Below, in pieces: positions 16,071 through 17,322 of a stretch of DNA of 17,322 nucleotides. Below the pieces are notes generated by a model that was given only the letters and a program-made list of their open reading frames with translations, was not told where the DNA came from and ran no database searches. Location of the stretch: the NCBI GenBank assembly GCA_040752415.1, contig JBFMGU010000222.1, positions 1-17,322 of the forward strand, written 5' to 3'. Numbering within the stretch: position 1 is the stretch's first letter; each line of letters starts with the position of its first letter. This DNA comes from Myxococcota bacterium. Its GTDB lineage: Bacteria > Myxococcota > JACRCW01. A program made the position numbers and the translations under genes.

Positions 16071-17322
16071 ATGTCCATGAGCATGGTGCACAGGCCCCTG
16101 GGGCAGCTGCTGGTTCAGGAACGCCTCATTGACGAGTCCACACTGGGTGACCTGCTGCGCGAGCAGCGGCAGACGCAGCGCCCGCTGGGGCGCCTGGTGG
16201 TGGAGAACGGGCACTGCACGGAGAAGGACGTGTGGCGCTGCCTGGCCAAGCAGCATGACCTCTCCTGGGTGGACCTGGGCGACGCCTCTCCGCAGCCGGA
16301 GGCCATCTCGCTGCTGACGCCGGAGGTGGCCAAGGAGCTGGGCGTGCTGCCGCTCTCGGTGCGGTGGGAGGGAAGCGCGCGGCGGCTGCTGGTGGCGGTG
16401 CGTGAGCCCCAGGACGTGCGCGCGGTGCCGGCGCTGGCGGAGCAGACGGGATGTCGCGTGGAGGCCGCGTTGTGCGACCCCGCCCAGCTGCGCCTGGCCC
16501 TGGACCGCTACATGGATGCTCGCACCGTGCTGGGCAACCACTCCACCGACGAGGATCTGCTGCGTCCCATCGGGGATGTCGACGAGGTGGATACCGGGAT
16601 CCGTCGCGCGGTGGACCAGGATCTGCGCGCGGCGGGCGTGCCGGAGGACTCCCTCGTCGCCGCGCAGCCGGTGCTGGACCCGGAGGACGTGGAAGCCCTG
16701 CTGCTGGAGCCCGGTGACTTCGACGAGCTGCTGGAGGCCGAGCCGGAAGCGGTGGCCGCGGCCATGGAGGTCCTCGAGGCCGACGAGGTGGGCGCCCATG
16801 AGGAGCCCGCGGCCGAGGGTGAGCCGGTGATCCTGCTGGAGCATGGTCGCAATGCGCCGCGCGCGCCCAGCCCCGGCGTGGATGACGTCTTCCCGGACCC
16901 CGTGGAGCTGCCCGCGCTCCCCGCTGACGACGAGGTGATCTCCCTGCGCAACCAGGTGGCCGGTCTGCGCGCCCGCCTGGAGGAACTGACCCTGCAGGTG
17001 GCCGAGGTGGAGCCGCTGCGTCGTCGGGTGCGGGAGCTGGAGGCCGAGCTGGCCGCCGCGCGCGGGAACAGCTGGGGCCGGGTGGAGGCCGTGGAGGTGG
17101 AGCCGCGTGCCGACCGTGCCGTGCGCGAGGATCCCACGCCGGTGATGCGCGCCGGTCGCGTGATCCAGGAGGACCCCACGCCGGTGCTGCGCCCGTCCCG
17201 CGGGGCGCGCGGCGTTTCCACGTCGGGGACCACGGCGCAGCCCGAAGGTGTGTCCCCCGCGCTGCAGGCCTCCGACCCCACCGCCGACCGCACCCTGGAC
17301 CGCCCCGCCCCCACCACCGACC
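16071..17322 (+). CDS. 3'-truncated MshEN (T2SSE_N) domain protein with acidic linker and coiled coil; absent from the ORF track
   Basis: Translated by hand and open to the window end: RPLGQLLVQERLIDESTLGDLLREQRQTQRPLGRLVVENGHCTEKDVWRCLAKQH...LGVLPL...LLVAVREP...QLRLALDRY. GGGAG RBS at 16061-16065. Confidence 0.85.
   Translation, partial: MSMSMVHRPLGQLLVQERLIDESTLGDLLREQRQTQRPLGRLVVENGHCTEKDVWRCLAKQHDLSWVDLGDASPQPEAISLLTPEVAKELGVLPLSVRWEGSARRLLVAVREPQDVRAVPALAEQTGCRVEAALCDPAQLRLALDRYMDARTVLGNHSTDEDLLRPIGDVDEVDTGIRRAVDQDLRAAGVPEDSLVAAQPVLDPEDVEALLLEPGDFDELLEAEPEAVAAAMEVLEADEVGAHEEPAAEGEPVILLEHGRNAPRAPSPGVDDVFPDPVELPALPADDEVISLRNQVAGLRARLEELTLQVAEVEPLRRRVRELEAELAAARGNSWGRVEAVEVEPRADRAVREDPTPVMRAGRVIQEDPTPVLRPSRGARGVSTSGTTAQPEGVSPALQASDPTADRTLDRPAPTTD

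Noticed and set aside
1..17322. CRISPR array, tRNA/rRNA, transposase or integrase
   Set aside because: No regularly spaced repeats and no recognisable motifs for these features.

Overview
High-GC bacterial DNA, most likely Myxococcota, judged from a CglF/GltF-like gene, a Hanks kinase with a PP2C phosphatase, a stand-alone MshEN protein and an SctV. Gene order: the 3' part of a kinase-tail paralogue; an RHH/ParE-type toxin-antitoxin pair flanked by ~68-bp direct repeats; a solitary non-flagellar T3SS export gate (sctV); a ~225-nt intergenic hairpin; a CglF-like peptide; a convergent Ser/Thr kinase; DUF2461; a translationally coupled gpsA-TPR-6x beta-repeat-mobA-PP2C operon; an unannotated 25-aa membrane peptide; a pair of hypotheticals that by eye resemble a degenerate WXG100-like hairpin protein and an EspG-like chaperone; a two-CxxCH lipoprotein; and a truncated MshEN protein. 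The most interesting signals are the G.U-biased hairpin, the repeat-flanked TA cassette, the orphan sctV and the possible WXG100/EspG-like pair. All family calls are by motif recognition only; no searches were run.
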